From: Octopus vulgaris
Taxonomy: Eukaryota
Direction: 5' to 3'
Assembly: GCA_951406725.2 (NCBI GenBank)
Contig: OX597827.1
Coordinates: 19,840,001-19,904,000, forward strand
DNA length: 64,000 nt
This document shows positions 26,974-39,903 of this stretch, in pieces. The position numbers were made by a program, and so were the translations under genes. The notes beneath the pieces were generated by a model. That model was not told the origin of the DNA. It made no database searches and saw only the letters and a list, made by a program, of their open reading frames with translations. Numbering within the stretch: the stretch's first letter is position 1; the number at the start of each line of letters is the position of its first letter.

Positions 26974-27660
26974 GTATATGTTGATTTAATTAGCAGGAAT
27001 GTCATCTTAAAGTTTGGTAGCTGCAAGTCTCCTCGAATCTGAAGAATCTTTCTTTGGATTTTTGCAGAATATAGAATGGTAGTAGTAGTAGTGGTGGTGG
27101 TGGTGGTGGTGGTAGTGGTAGTGGTGGTGGTGGTAGTAGTGGTGGTGGTGGTGGTGGTGGTGGTGGTAGTGGTAGTGGTGGTGGTAGTGGTGGTGGTGTT
27201 GGCAGTAGTAGTAGTGGTGGTGGCAGTAGTAGTAGTGGTGGTGGTGGTGGTGGTGATGGTGGTGGGTAGTAGTAGTAGTAGTAGTATATGTTGATTTAAT
27301 TAACAGGAATGTCATCTTAAAGTTTGGTAGCTGCAAGTCTCCTCGAATCTGAAGAATCTTTCTTTGGATTTTTGCAGAATATAGAATGGTACTTTTCTGC
27401 AGGTCTATAATGCAAGTCGATGCAATTCCTATATCTTTCAGTTTTTTAGGTAGAATTTTGAATGTTGTGCCCTGTTCCCCAATTAGCCGCTGTCAAAGCC
27501 TTCTACAATTTCTCAATTTCTTGGGTATCCACCCTATTATCATTTGGAATTCAAAAGTCTATGATTCTTACATTATTTTATCCTCTGTAATCATATCTGG
27601 TCTTCTTGTTTTTATAGAATGGCTAGTCTTTATAGAGAAGTCCTATAAGATCTTTGTTTT
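26974..27660 (-). mobile_element. R4/Dong-like 3' end with a duplicated terminal 108 bp and (ACT/ACC)n tails
   Basis: NRPDMI, DLQKSTILYSAKI. Segment 26974-27081 is repeated at 27284-27391. Confidence 0.7.
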
Positions 27661-27737
27661 CAGTTCCACCAAAGTCGACTTTACATTTCATCTTTCGGTG
27701 TCAATGAAACAAGTAACAGTTAAGCACTAGGGTCGAT

Positions 27738-28286
27738 GTGGAGGCGCGTGGCTTAGTGATTAGGATGTCAGCACCATGATCGTAAGATTGTGAATTCGAT
27801 TCCTGGACTAGGCGACGCGTTGTGTTCTTGAGCAAAACACTTCATTTCACGTTGCTCCAGTCCACTCAGCTGGCAAAAATGAGTAACGCTGCGATGGACT
27901 GGCATTCCGTCCAGCTGGGGAACACATACGCCATAGAAACCGGGAAACCGGGCCTATGAGCCTGGCTAGGCTTTAAAAGGGCGCATTTATTTAGTGGAGG
28001 CACATGGCCTAGTGGTTAGAGCAGCGGTCGAGGGATCGCGGGTTCGAATCTCAGACCGGGCGATGTGTGTGTTTATGAGCGAAACACCTAAGCTCCACGC
28101 GACTCCGGCAGAAGGTAATGATGAACCTCTGCTGACTCTTTCGCCACAACTCTCTCACTCTTTCCTCCTGCATCTTGCAGCTCACCTGGGATGGACCAGC
28201 GTCACGTCCAGGTGGGGAACCTATACACCAAGAAATCGAGAAACCGGCCCTTATGAGCCAGGCATGGCTCGAGAAGGAACAAACAA
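27738..28286 (+). mobile_element. SINE heterodimer: family E (27738-27993) plus family B (27994-28286)
   Basis: Two tRNA-like heads; single flanking TSD actagggtcga (27726-27736, 28287-28297). The target is an old family A SINE. Confidence 0.85.
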
Positions 28287-28335
28287 ACTAGGGTCGAAGT
28301 AACTGCCTAGCCCCTTCCCATAAAATTTAGTAAGG

Positions 28336-28374
<39 letters not shown>

Positions 28375-28928
28375 GAGTGAGAGAGCAATGCATATCATCA
28401 AAGTGACACTGGGGTAAAATATACGAAGCCCAATATACCCATCATGACTACCCGTCTGATAAAGGTACACCAGGCACATGCATCACAACCATATGTGCGC
28501 GACATGGTGATCTCATATCAAGATAAACAGCACATGACCTTGCAGGTGGGGCCCAGTTAGAATTTTCTTCAGGTTGAGTAGCCCATCCCGCTCAAAAGGT
28601 CCCTGAATAAGGGTTGTTTAAGGATGTTGAAAGAACCACCCATGTTTCCAGAGGTGAATTATTCAAACCCCAAAGAATACCTCTCAACACATGGCTATGA
28701 TGCTCCCCCACTACTTCTGCTCGTGATCAGAGATGCACATATCGTCAGCCACTAAGGGACATGCTCAACTGGTTAAGGTCAAACAACTGACAAGCAAATC
28801 TGTGGTATTGAGCAGAATATTTGCTGTAGCCCATCTTTTATACCAAGACAAAACAATGTACATGATAACACTTCCAATCAGTTAAGATCAGAAGCCATGA
28901 GAGCCACTGCCTGGTACTGCATCAGGGC

Positions 28929-28932
<4 letters not shown>
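28375..28932. mobile_element. ~560-bp non-coding element inserted in (TAA)n, probably a non-autonomous partner of R4/Dong
   Basis: Unique sequence bounded cleanly by (TAT)n on both sides; no ORF of 60 aa or more. Confidence 0.5.
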
Positions 28933-28964
<32 letters not shown>

Positions 28965-29019
28965 CATTATTATTATTATTATTATTATTATTACAGACGT
29001 CGCACAGTATACAATATCG

Positions 29020-29755
29020 TGAGATTGTTGACTGAAGATATTGTGTCTACCGGGTGTTGGTACTGTTTGTCAAGTCACAACAAAGACCCCAGGCAGACAC
29101 TACTTTACGTAATATGCATGCAGTTAACAAGTAATGCCGACTTTTGCGACACACCTAGATTTCTCTGTCTGTCTTATCTTCAACATCCCTATGAAATTGA
29201 CCATGCATTCTTTTCTTTACCCACCTATTTTCAGTTTCATTCGTTCTCAATTTCTTGTGTAGTGCTTTATCTTTGCAATCTTTCATCCTATACAAACCTG
29301 GCCTTCTTACTTCTAAAAACAGTGGTTCTGTGGCATTTTTTTACATACCAGGCTACGTTGTTTTCTTCTGCTCTGATGCTGTGTTCGCATCCAATAGGTC
29401 TTCTTCCCCCTTTTTTTTTTTGGTACATACAGTCTGTCTGTGTCACTTTTTGGGTGGAGTGTCCCATATCTAGTCAGCAATTTACTTGTCTTTCTGTCTA
29501 AGCTGTTTAGTTCGTCTACATGCGATCACCCCTACTCCATATCTAAAGAATGAAACCGCCCAGGTGTTGATAGCTTCAATCTTATTCCGTCCGTTTAATT
29601 TCGATCAGTCTCAGTCTGCGCAATTACTCCACCTTAAATTTTTCTGTCACTTCTTTCTCCATCAATTTATCCTTTTCCAAATCCCCAAGTACTTATAGCC
29701 CGTCTCTTCTATCTGCCTCATAACGTCCCCCGACGGTATCGACAGCCCCTGCATA
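29020..29755 (-). mobile_element. Degenerate R4/Dong-like fragments
   Basis: AINTWAV..FRYG and YKYLGI motifs; similarity to 6250-6358; flanked by (TAA)n. Confidence 0.7.
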
Positions 29756-29813
<58 letters not shown>

Positions 29814-29816
29814 GCT

Positions 29817-30005
29817 TATCAGCATTTCGTCTGCTGCTACGTTCTGAGTTCAAATTCCACCGAGGACGACTTTGCCTGGCATCATTTCGGGATCGATAAA
29901 TAAAGTACCAGTTTCGCACTGGGGTCGATGTAATCGACTTAATCCCTTTGTCTGTCCTTGTTTGTCCCCTCTATGTTTAGCCCCTTGTAGGTAGTAAAGA
30001 AATAT
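29817..30005 (+). mobile_element. SINE family A, 5' truncated
   Basis: B box, Nin-like core and tail as in 11786-12018. Confidence 0.85.
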
Positions 30006-30057
30006 ATTATTATTATTATTGTTATTATTATTATTATTATTGTTGTTGTTGTTGTTG

Positions 30058-31577
30058 GTATTTGTTTGACTTTTGCTTTGTTTTTGTACTAGTTGGCTCC
30101 AAGTCTCATCCAGAGACTCAAGAGACAAGTTAGAAGTTCATGTTGGTGTTATGCCTAGGGTGCCATGCATTTGGTTTTGTACATAGTATTGTTCTAGAGA
30201 ATGTTTAAGAAAACGTAAGAAAATTATGAGTTTGCTTTAAAATTTGAGATTACATCGACAGTATTTTACGTAGGATATGGGCAGTTCCCATGAGCACTAT
30301 CTTTCGAATTTTTGCCATTTGGGGGTTTCCTGGTATCTGAGCTAGGTAGCAATCAGCCCCTTTTGTTATCATTCCCAGGGCACCTATGACAACAGGTATC
30401 GTTTTAGTCTTGAGGTTCCACATTTTGCCAATTTCTATTTCAAGATCTTTTTACTTGCTCGGTTTTTGGTAGGTCTTGACACGTACATTTCTGTCAATTG
30501 TGATAGTCATGTAAATGAGGAGGCATGATTTTTGTCTGAAGTCTTTCATTATAATGTCTGGCCTATTCGCATGTCATCATTTTCAAGCACTGGAGGTGGT
30601 TTGTGTTCCCACCAGTTTTTATCATAGGGCAGGTCTAGGAGTTTGCTCTGTAGGCACGAGAAAACTGCACATGGTGACATGATCAATGGTTTCATTTTGT
30701 TGTTTACATACATAACATGTTGGGCTGCTGCCGTTCTTTAATATATCGGCCTGGTATTGATCTTGGGCTGCAATGATAAACCCTTCTGTTTCTGATTTTA
30801 AGCCAGAAGATAGTAACCATTGATGGGTAAGGGCTTTGTCAACATCGGCACTATTAGCTCTCTTTGGTTATGTGCCATTAAGAGGTTTTTCTTGCCATTT
30901 ATCAGTAAAAATATATAAGGCAGCGGTTTTATCACTGATGTTCATACGCTTAGCCTTTTCTGTGCTCTTTTCAAGTACGTTTAATTCTAGGATTTGTTGT
31001 ATTTGGAATTCACTTAGATATTCCTTTGCCTATTTGTTACTGAGTATGATGCTTTCTTATTTTCATGCTTTAAGACAAGTTTTAATACACATTGATCAGA
31101 GTTTTTGCAGGTAGGTATTTAGGCCAATTGTGGCAGTGTTCATTGTTATTGCCAGTTGTAAAAGTCCACGGCCACCCTCTTTTCTTGGCAGGTAAAGTCG
31201 TTCTATATCTGCCTTAGGGCGGTGCATTCTATGCATTGTCAACAATTTTCGTATTTTTCTGTCAAGATGACTTATTTCAGTAATTCACCAGTTAATAATA
31301 TTGAAACTGTAAGTCTCGACCGGTATGGCTAAAGAAATGATCGCTTCGATCCTGTTTCTTGTATTCAGCTCTGTCTTGAGTATTGCTCTCACCCTGCGAT
31401 AACATTCTCTTCTGATCCTTTCCTTCATCATTGCATGTTTGACTCCATCATTTTCAAATATCCCTAGATATTTGTAACTCTCCGCTGGTTCTAACTCCTT
31501 TATGGCATTCTGCTAGTCAAGATTGACATTGGATGTTTCTGTCATTTTCCCTTTGATAAAGGTAGCTTTTGCACATT
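30058..31577 (-). mobile_element. R4/Dong-like element, 3' 1.5 kb
   Basis: YKYLG, RLYLPRKEGGRGL, LKSETEGFIIAAQDQ, zinc knuckle, NRPDII; 3'UTR as at 328; (TAA)n tail. Confidence 0.9.
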
Positions 31578-31945
31578 TATCGAGGCCATATTCCAAGGTT
31601 CGAAACAGTGCTTACTAAGACCTTAGGCTTTGCTAAGTTAACCTTAAGGCCCTTAGATTCTATGTTTTGCTGCCACGCCTGAAATTTCTCTTCTAGCTCT
31701 GATATGGAATCTACTACGAGGGCAAGATCATCAGCATATAGTAGTTCCCAGGGGTTGCCGGTCTTGAATTCCTCTGTTACGGTCTGGCGGACAATGATGA
31801 AAAGGAGGGGGCGGAGGATTGAGCCTTGATGTAAACCTATCTGTACGCAAAATTCTTCGCTGTACTCGTGGTTACAGTGTCTCTGTACATGGCTTGTAGA
31901 GCTTTCACAAGCCACTTGCCTATCCCTAGCCACTCTTCTGTACCC
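31578..31945 (-). mobile_element. RTE-like RT fragment
   Basis: GLHQGSILRPLLFIIV...ELLYADDLAL...GLKVNLAK. Confidence 0.85.
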
Positions 31946-32144
31946 CAGTGGCTAGCAATATATATATATATAATTTTTATATTCCGAAATATTATATCAG
32001 ACTATGGGTGATTAAATTGTAACAGTTATTACAGTCCATTGTTGTTATTATAGTGCATTGTTGTGCTATTCAAGACATATATTTTACAAACAATACACAA
32101 TGCTTCAAGCGAACTACGATACTCTCCCATATATATATATATAT

Positions 32145-32193
<49 letters not shown>

Positions 32194-33059
32194 GAGGAGA
32201 CATACATACATACATCCAGGCATACTAGACACGCGGACAGGCATGCATACGTACATATAGAAATACATCCAGACCCACGCAGACATGGTTGGGGATATTA
32301 TATATATGTGTGTGTATCTGTATTATCGTAATACCACTTATACTTGACATTGGTGAATTTTGTCTGGAGGGGTTTCGGTATTCAGTCAGCACCGTTTTTC
32401 TCTTGGCTTCATTATTATTTTAACGTTATTTTTCTTCTAAGTCATACATTTTGCTTCTGTACTAAGAATTAAATGGATTAGCAGAGTAAAGACACAAAAG
32501 TTTTGACATTATCTGATAAAGCTTCCAAGTTTCTACAATGTCAAATGCCGCCAACTTTTAGCGATGTTTGTGTTTGTAAATTCTAACACTGACTTTTACC
32601 AATATCTATTTTATGAATAAACTGCTCACTGGATGGATGAGGCAACCGGGAAAGCGTTTTGCTTGTCTGGAGACGAGAGAGAGAAACCAAGTTGAAGTAG
32701 AGAAGAGACATAATGGCTAAGCCCTACAAGACCGCCAACAGGAGAATGGACGTCGTCTGACGACATTAATTCCTCCAGTCAAGGCTAATGATGGCGACAC
32801 ATCTTCTTTCAGTCAGAAGTATTCACACAGACATACTCGCACACATATTTGAAACTCCCTGTACTTTGTTGCCGCGATAGATTGGGTCTCATGGATCGTG
32901 TTGCTCTCCGAGGAACAAAGAGTCGGGGAAGGGAAATAAATAAAAAAATACAAATAAAACAAATCAGATTTCCGTCCAAACAACGACTAATTAAAAGCGG
33001 GTTCATATAATGAATTCCACTCTTTCTCTCCCTCTCTCCTCCTCCATCTCCCTCCCGCC

Positions 33060-33156
33060 TTCTCTCAGTACACACACACACTTGCACACACACACATACA
33101 CTCTCTCTCTCTCTTGCACACACACACACTCTCTCGTACACACACTCTCTCTCTCT

Positions 33157-33234
<78 letters not shown>

Positions 33235-33348
33235 TACACACACACACTCTCTCTCTCTCTCGCACGCACACACACACACTCTCTCTCTCTCTCTCGCACG
33301 CACACACACACACTCTCTCTCTCTCACATACACATACACACACACACA

Positions 33349-33409
<61 letters not shown>

Positions 33410-33464
33410 TCTCTCTCGCACACACACACACACTCTCTCTCTCTCTCACATACACACACACACA

Positions 33465-33495
<31 letters not shown>

Positions 33496-33520
33496 GCACA
33501 CACACACTCACGCATACACA
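33060..33520. repeat. Compound (CA)n(CT)n periodic satellite
   Basis: Alternating CA and CT blocks with a period of roughly 20-25 nt. Confidence 0.95.
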
Positions 33521-33652
33521 CTGTCACAACAAAGCCTAGATGCTGTAACTATTTTAGGGGGCTGAGATTATTCAGAAAATCCATAAAAATGATACACATT
33601 TTGATAAAAATACAAGGGAACGATAAATGAGTTAATTAATTAAGCATACATA

Positions 33653-34554
33653 CGAAGGGGTACCCAAAAGAAACCGGAATTTTGCAATATCATTTCCTTC
33701 GCTCAGTTTTACATGTTTACACTTTTATCACCTTCAAAGTATTCTCCATTTGAAACAATCCATCGGTCTAGATGCGTTTTCCACTGTTCGAAGCAGTGCT
33801 GGAACTCTTGCGAAATGGTGCCTTTTAACGCCTCTGTCCTGTTTTTTTTTTCTTCATCTCTTCCACATCTGCAAACTCAGTAGCACCAGCTTTCGTCATC
33901 AGTGATGACCTTCAAAAACAAGTCCAGATCAACTGTCAACTTCTTTCAGTACACGACACGCGTTATTCAGTCGTGACTGATTTTGATCTTCCGTGAGCAA
34001 GCGAGGCACAAATTTTGCTGAAATTCTTTTCATTTGCAGTTCCTCGCTCAAAATTCGTTGGCAGGAGTTCCAGGACACACCAGTCATATCAACAAGTTCG
34101 TCAGTTGTTCGGTGACGGTCCACCAAGATCAGTTCATGAATTTTCGTGATGTTTTCATTCGTTCGGGAAGTTGCCCTGAACGAAGCTGGTCTTCAAGCGA
34201 TAATGGACCATTCCTAAAGCGTAAAACCCATTCTTAAACTTGTGTTTTGCTTATGGCAGCGTCATTGTAAGCTGTTTGAAGCACGACAACTATTTCGGAC
34301 GCTGTTTTCCCCAACAGAAAAACAGAATTTCACGGAAGCACTCTGTTCCTTCGTTTCAATCATCGCAATAATCGATCAACAGAGACGAACTGTAAAACAA
34401 AGACGCATCACGTGGCAATACGGCCTCAATAGATGACACCGGTCAGCAGACTGATGCCTGAGGGTCACATCAAGTGACTTCTAGCGGCGTAAGCTCGAAC
34501 TACAATGAGCTTATCCCACATAGAACATTTCCGGTTATTTTGGGGTACCCTTCG
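33653..34554 (-). mobile_element. Internally deleted mariner transposon
   Basis: TIRs cgaaggggtacccaaaa..aaccggaa with TA TSDs; AKFVPRLLTEDQ motif. Confidence 0.92.
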
Positions 34555-34570
34555 TAGATACATACATGCA

Positions 34571-34620
<50 letters not shown>

Positions 34621-34702
34621 CATACATACGTGTGTGTATAAATAGATACATAGATAAATAGATATGTGAATATGCACGCGCATACGAATGTGCGCGCGCA
34701 CA

Positions 34703-36407
34703 TTAGGTTGTCCAGAAAATTCTGAGTTTTTTTTTTAATGTACGAAAAGAGATATAAATTAGTGGCCTTTCAATAAATTTTGCTCAATGAAATAATTTCC
34801 ATTATTATTAATGACCTTTGTCCATCTATCAGGCAGTTTAAATATTCCATCAGCATAAAATTTGACTGATTTTGAAGAAAAAAGTTACCTAGATGTATTT
34901 TGACTCCATCTAAGTGGTTAGATGTTTTTACCTGGCAATGAGTCCTGTGGAGACAGAAACAGGCGGTAATCAGATGGCGCAATATCAGGAGAATATGGTG
35001 GATGGGGTAAGAGATCCCAGTTAAGTTTATGTGACTTTGTTCGGATAGCCAAAGACACATGTGATCAGGCATTGTCTTGTTGGAATACTACCCCTTTCCT
35101 GCTGGCAATCTCCGGCCTCAATTCTTTTTTTTTTTTTTGAGGTGAGGAGTTCAAATTAGCCAGCTAACGACAGTACATATCAGAATTAATTATGAGAAGC
35201 TCATAATAAATAATGCCTTTAAGATCCCGCCAAATACAAAGCATAGCTTTTCTTGGCATGGATATCCATCTGTGGTTGTTGTTTTGGGGGATCTTTACGC
35301 AAACACTAGGATCTTTTTCACACTACGTTTTCATACACAATCCATTTTTCATCTCCAGTTAAGTTGTTTCAAAAAAGGTGTGCTTTCAGTCCGTTTCAAA
35401 AACATACAACAAACGGAATACCGGTCCAAGCAATTCCTTTCTGAGAGTTTGTGAGGGACCCATACATTATAAATAGAAATGTAGGACCTTTTCGTTTTGA
35501 ACGGCAGTTTTAACATAATTTCTAGTTAACTAAAAAATTTTAAACTTCATATACTGGTAGAATGTGTTTATAAAACATCTTTTTCTCTTGGCTTTATTGA
35601 GAAAATTCTATAGTTTGTAAGATATTTGTTGTTGTTTTTCTTCAATTTCTGCAATTTCAACCAATCACTGACGTCTATTTCGGTAAAAAAACATTGTGCC
35701 GTATGAATATGTCCCTCGTTTAAGAAACAGATTGGGTTTATTTACATTTGTGAAGAAAAAATGATACCCTTCCCCCACCCCTAACCCTAAAACAGATTGA
35801 AATGAAATAGATCGATACTGGGGTCATAATTATGGGTGACAATTTCATATGATACCGCTAGAAAAAACTGCCATTCAAACCGAAAAGATCCGAAATATAT
35901 CCTAGCTTCACAAGGTTTTCATGAGCTATATTTTTAGAAACTTCCGACTCCTCTGCATGTTCTCTCGTCGCGATATTTGACATTTCTTCGATTTTTGCCT
36001 TCAAAACATCTTCATCTATTTTGAAGGTCTTCCACTGCGGCTGTCATCTTCCAAGCCAAACTCTCCAGCTTTAAATTTTGCAAACCACCTTCGAACACTT
36101 GATTCACCTACAGCATCATCATCATCGCCATAAATTTCACAAATGTTTTTGATAGTTTTTGCAGCATTTTCTCCTTTTATAAAAAAAAGAGAAAAGCATT
36201 GCAACGCGAATATTTTGGGTTATCCATTTTAAAATGTTAAAGGGTAACCGGAATGAAAGATAAATCTATTTTTAGTCAGGAACAAAGAAGAGATGCACCA
36301 CCATTTCAAGCAATGCCAAAGTTTTAACTGATCTACGTTTCAGGTGTGTTCAATGAAGCGTTAAAAGATTTAACTTTAAAACTCTCAGAACTTTCCGGAC
36401 AATCTAA
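34703..36407 (-). mobile_element. Degenerate mariner with a nested MITE
   Basis: TIRs ttag(g/a)ttgtcc(a/g)gaaa.ttctgag; VRRWFAKFKAG..LEDDSRSGRP; PHPPYSPDIAPSDY near 34966-35007. Confidence 0.9.
35484..35891. mobile_element. MITE, second copy, inverted relative to 23833
   Basis: Same TIRs; TSD gaaatgta/gaaatata. Confidence 0.92.
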
Positions 36408-36509
36408 TATATACGCAATTCCACAATTAAATTAAATGCTTACAACACAAAAACTGTTGAATTTTCTTTCGTTTTCACTTACCGAGATGTTTGCCTACCT
36501 ATCAATCAA

Positions 36510-36543
<34 letters not shown>

Positions 36544-36544
36544 C

Positions 36545-36898
36545 TCTTTACTCTTACTTTTTTACTTGTTTCAGTCATTTGACTGCGGCCATGCTGGAGC
36601 ACCGCCTTTAGTCGAGCAACTCGACCCCGGGACTTATTCTTTGTAAGCCCAGTACTTATTCTATCGGTCTCTTTTGCCGAACCGCTAAGTAACGGGGACA
36701 TAAACACACCAGTATCGGTTGTCAAGCAATGCTAGGGGGACAAACACAGACACACAAACACACACACATACATATATATATATATACATATACACGACAG
36801 GCTTCTTTCAGTTTCCGTCTACCAAATCCACTCACAAGGCATTGGTCGGCCCGGGGCTATAGCAGAAGACACTTGCCCAAGATGCCGCGCAGTGGGAC
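36545..36898 (-). mobile_element. SINE family C, 5' truncated
   Basis: Reverse complement of 16133-16533. Confidence 0.88.
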
Positions 36899-36974
36899 AT
36901 ATATATTGGTAAAACGGTAAGATAACAAAAGAAAGAAAGAGACCTCAATATTATGTAAATAGAGGAAATTTATC

Positions 36975-37160
36975 TATAAAATAATATGTTACATTACTCG
37001 ATAGTCAAGATAAAACTCTGAGTTTCAGATGCCGAAGTGGGAATCCACAACGTCATCTCTTCGGTTATCTTCGAAGAGATGACGTTGTGGATTCCCACTT
37101 CGGCATCTGAAACTCAGAGTTTTATCTTGACTATCGAGTATTGTAACATATTATTTTATA
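36975..37160. repeat. 89-bp-arm inverted repeat containing a hammerhead-like motif
   Basis: Arms 36975-37063 and 37072-37160, one mismatch seen, 8-nt spacer. Confidence 0.95.
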
Positions 37161-37730
37161 TATATATATATATATATCTGCTCGTACACACACACACACA
37201 CACACACAAACCAAAACCACAGCCACTTGCGCACACGTTCATCTATTTGTGTACGTGTTTATATACATGCGTAATATGAACGGCCTGCAGCACACGGTGG
37301 CGCCCTCATTCTCTATATTGATGAAAGTTGCAAATAAGAGAAGACCAACGACAACAACAGCAACAACAACAGCACCAATAATGATAACAGAACAAAGTAT
37401 AAATATGGAAAGTAATAAAGAAAATACGGAATTCTCTCAGCAATAACTGGAGACAATTCTACAGCGTCTCTTACCAAGACATTATTAGCAATGATGGTGT
37501 GTCGGGACAGAGGACAGTGGTGTGTAGATGTGTGTAGGAGGACAGCGGTGGACGTATTTCGGGGGGGAGGGGACAGTCTGCTTCTATTCTGTGTGTATAG
37601 CGTTAGTTGCTTCTTACTCGCACACGAACACACACACACATACATACACACACACACAAAGTTGAAAATACACATACCTTTATACACATATGCAAACGCA
37701 AATGTATCTGTATATCTATGTCTTTCTGTT

Positions 37731-37778
37731 AATCTCTCTCTCTCTTTCTTTCTCTCTCTTTCTTTCTCTCTCTTTCTT

Positions 37779-37809
<31 letters not shown>

Positions 37810-37985
37810 CTCTCTCTTTCTCTCTCTTTCTTTCTCTCTCTCTCTCTCTCTTTCTTTCTAGCTCTCTCTTTCTTTCTCTCTCTCTCTCTTCCCCTTTTCT
37901 CTGCTCCCTCTCTCTTCCCCTTTTCTCTGCTCCCTCTCTCTTACCCCCTCTCCCCTCTATCTCCCTCTTTCTCTCTCTCTCTTTC
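37731..37985. repeat. Polypyrimidine (TC/TTTC)n tract
   Basis: Direct reading. Confidence 0.95.
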
Positions 37986-38025
37986 ACACACACACATATA
38001 CACTATGTTCACGCACAAAGAACAA

Positions 38026-38067
<42 letters not shown>

Positions 38068-39160
38068 TCACTTACACCGGCCTGCCATTTTGTCCCTCGA
38101 TCAATCCATATTCCATCTATTTAGTTAACTCAGTTCTGGCATTAATTTACTTCATGTGAACAAAATGGCTATGAATTCTTTAAAGAGGAACGAATCCCTC
38201 CCCACCCACCCCTTCTCCGTTTCAAAAATTTCTTTATAAATACAACCGATACACGGAACATCCAGAGGCTCTCTGCAGCTCACAGAAGTAAGTTCTCTGA
38301 TGTAACTAGAACGGAACATTAGCTTCCAGGACTGTAGCCAGATTCTTGTGTGAAGGTGTTTTTTGCTGCCGTCGCAGCGGGCAGTTATTCGCCATCGCCA
38401 CCGCGTGTTTAAACGCTGTGGAGACAAACCCAATATTTCATCTTTTCGTGTGAGTCACACACAAGTATGAACAATGGTAGATACCAAAGACGAGATATAA
38501 ATGAATACATGACCGTATGCCTGCAAGAATACAATATACACCATAAGTATATACACTGAATATAGATCATTCCTGTATGTATAACAATAAGCAAGATTCT
38601 ATACACAAACACATAGACACACACGCACATGCACGCTCACACACGCACACACACACATTATAGATGTATGTATGTATGTATGTATATATGTATGTATGCA
38701 TATATGTATATATGTGTATGTATGTATGCCTGCGTGTGTGTTTGTATGTACATCTTATAAAAACAGTTATAATTTTATGCTTATAGAAATAATTGTAAAC
38801 ATAACTACAATCTACGTTTGAAATGTATGTATATATATATATACATACACACACTCAGATATATATATATCCGTGTGTGTGTGTGTAAATGCATGTGCAT
38901 ATGTATGTATGTACGTGCGTACGTATGTATATATGTAGGTAGGTAGGTGTGTATGAAAGTATGCATATATACATGTGTTAGTGTGTTTGTTATAGTGTTC
39001 GTGAGTATGTTTGTTACAGTTTTTTATGCAGTATATACATATATATATATATATATATACATACATATATATATACATACATACATATATATACATACAT
39101 ATGTATATATACATACATATATATACATACATACATATAGATATACATACATATATATAC

Positions 39161-39224
<64 letters not shown>

Positions 39225-39903
39225 CTGTATGTCATGCATTATTTGTATCTGCCCCAATAAGACATACGTGGAGCTAACAATAAAATCAGAGTTGATTGTC
39301 TTCGTAAGAGTTCCAGCTTTGGTGGAGAATGTGACGCCATTGTTAGGTTCTTCAAACTTCTTTGTTTCTCTTTCTCTCTATCTGTTTCCAAATCTGTCTG
39401 TTCTTCTTTCTTCCTCACCGTCTTTCTCACTTTCTTTCAGAATATTTCAACTTTTGAAGGCGACAAGAAATTTTTTTTCTGATTCTGAGTAATCTTTCAA
39501 CCTCTGTTTTTCTCTGACACTCATACCCCTCCTCTCTCTCTCACACCCTCTCTCTTCTTTTCTCTCTCTTTTTCTCTCAATATTTATTCAAATACTTGCG
39601 AGCTAATTCCATCTCATTCACTCGCAACCATTCTGTATACAAACCAACCAACGAACCAACCAGCCATATCCCGCCTATTATCTACTTTCAACTCACCTAC
39701 CAACTTACCAGGTACAAACACAACTACAAACACACACACACATGCATACACACATACACACATGCATACACACACACATGCATACACACATACACATGCA
39801 TACATGCATACGTACGTACGTACGTACATACATACACATATTAACTTATACAATGAAAAGATTTGACAATGACTTCCAAGTTTCCGCCTGTTTGCCATCC
39901 TCA

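Noticed and set aside
27994-28070. tRNA-Arg-like gene (also at 48472, 50506, 53835)
   Set aside because: These are SINE heads that continue into a common body with tails and TSDs.
32809-39492. Long ORFs of CV, ER, LS, HT or YI repeats
   Set aside because: Dinucleotide microsatellite translations.
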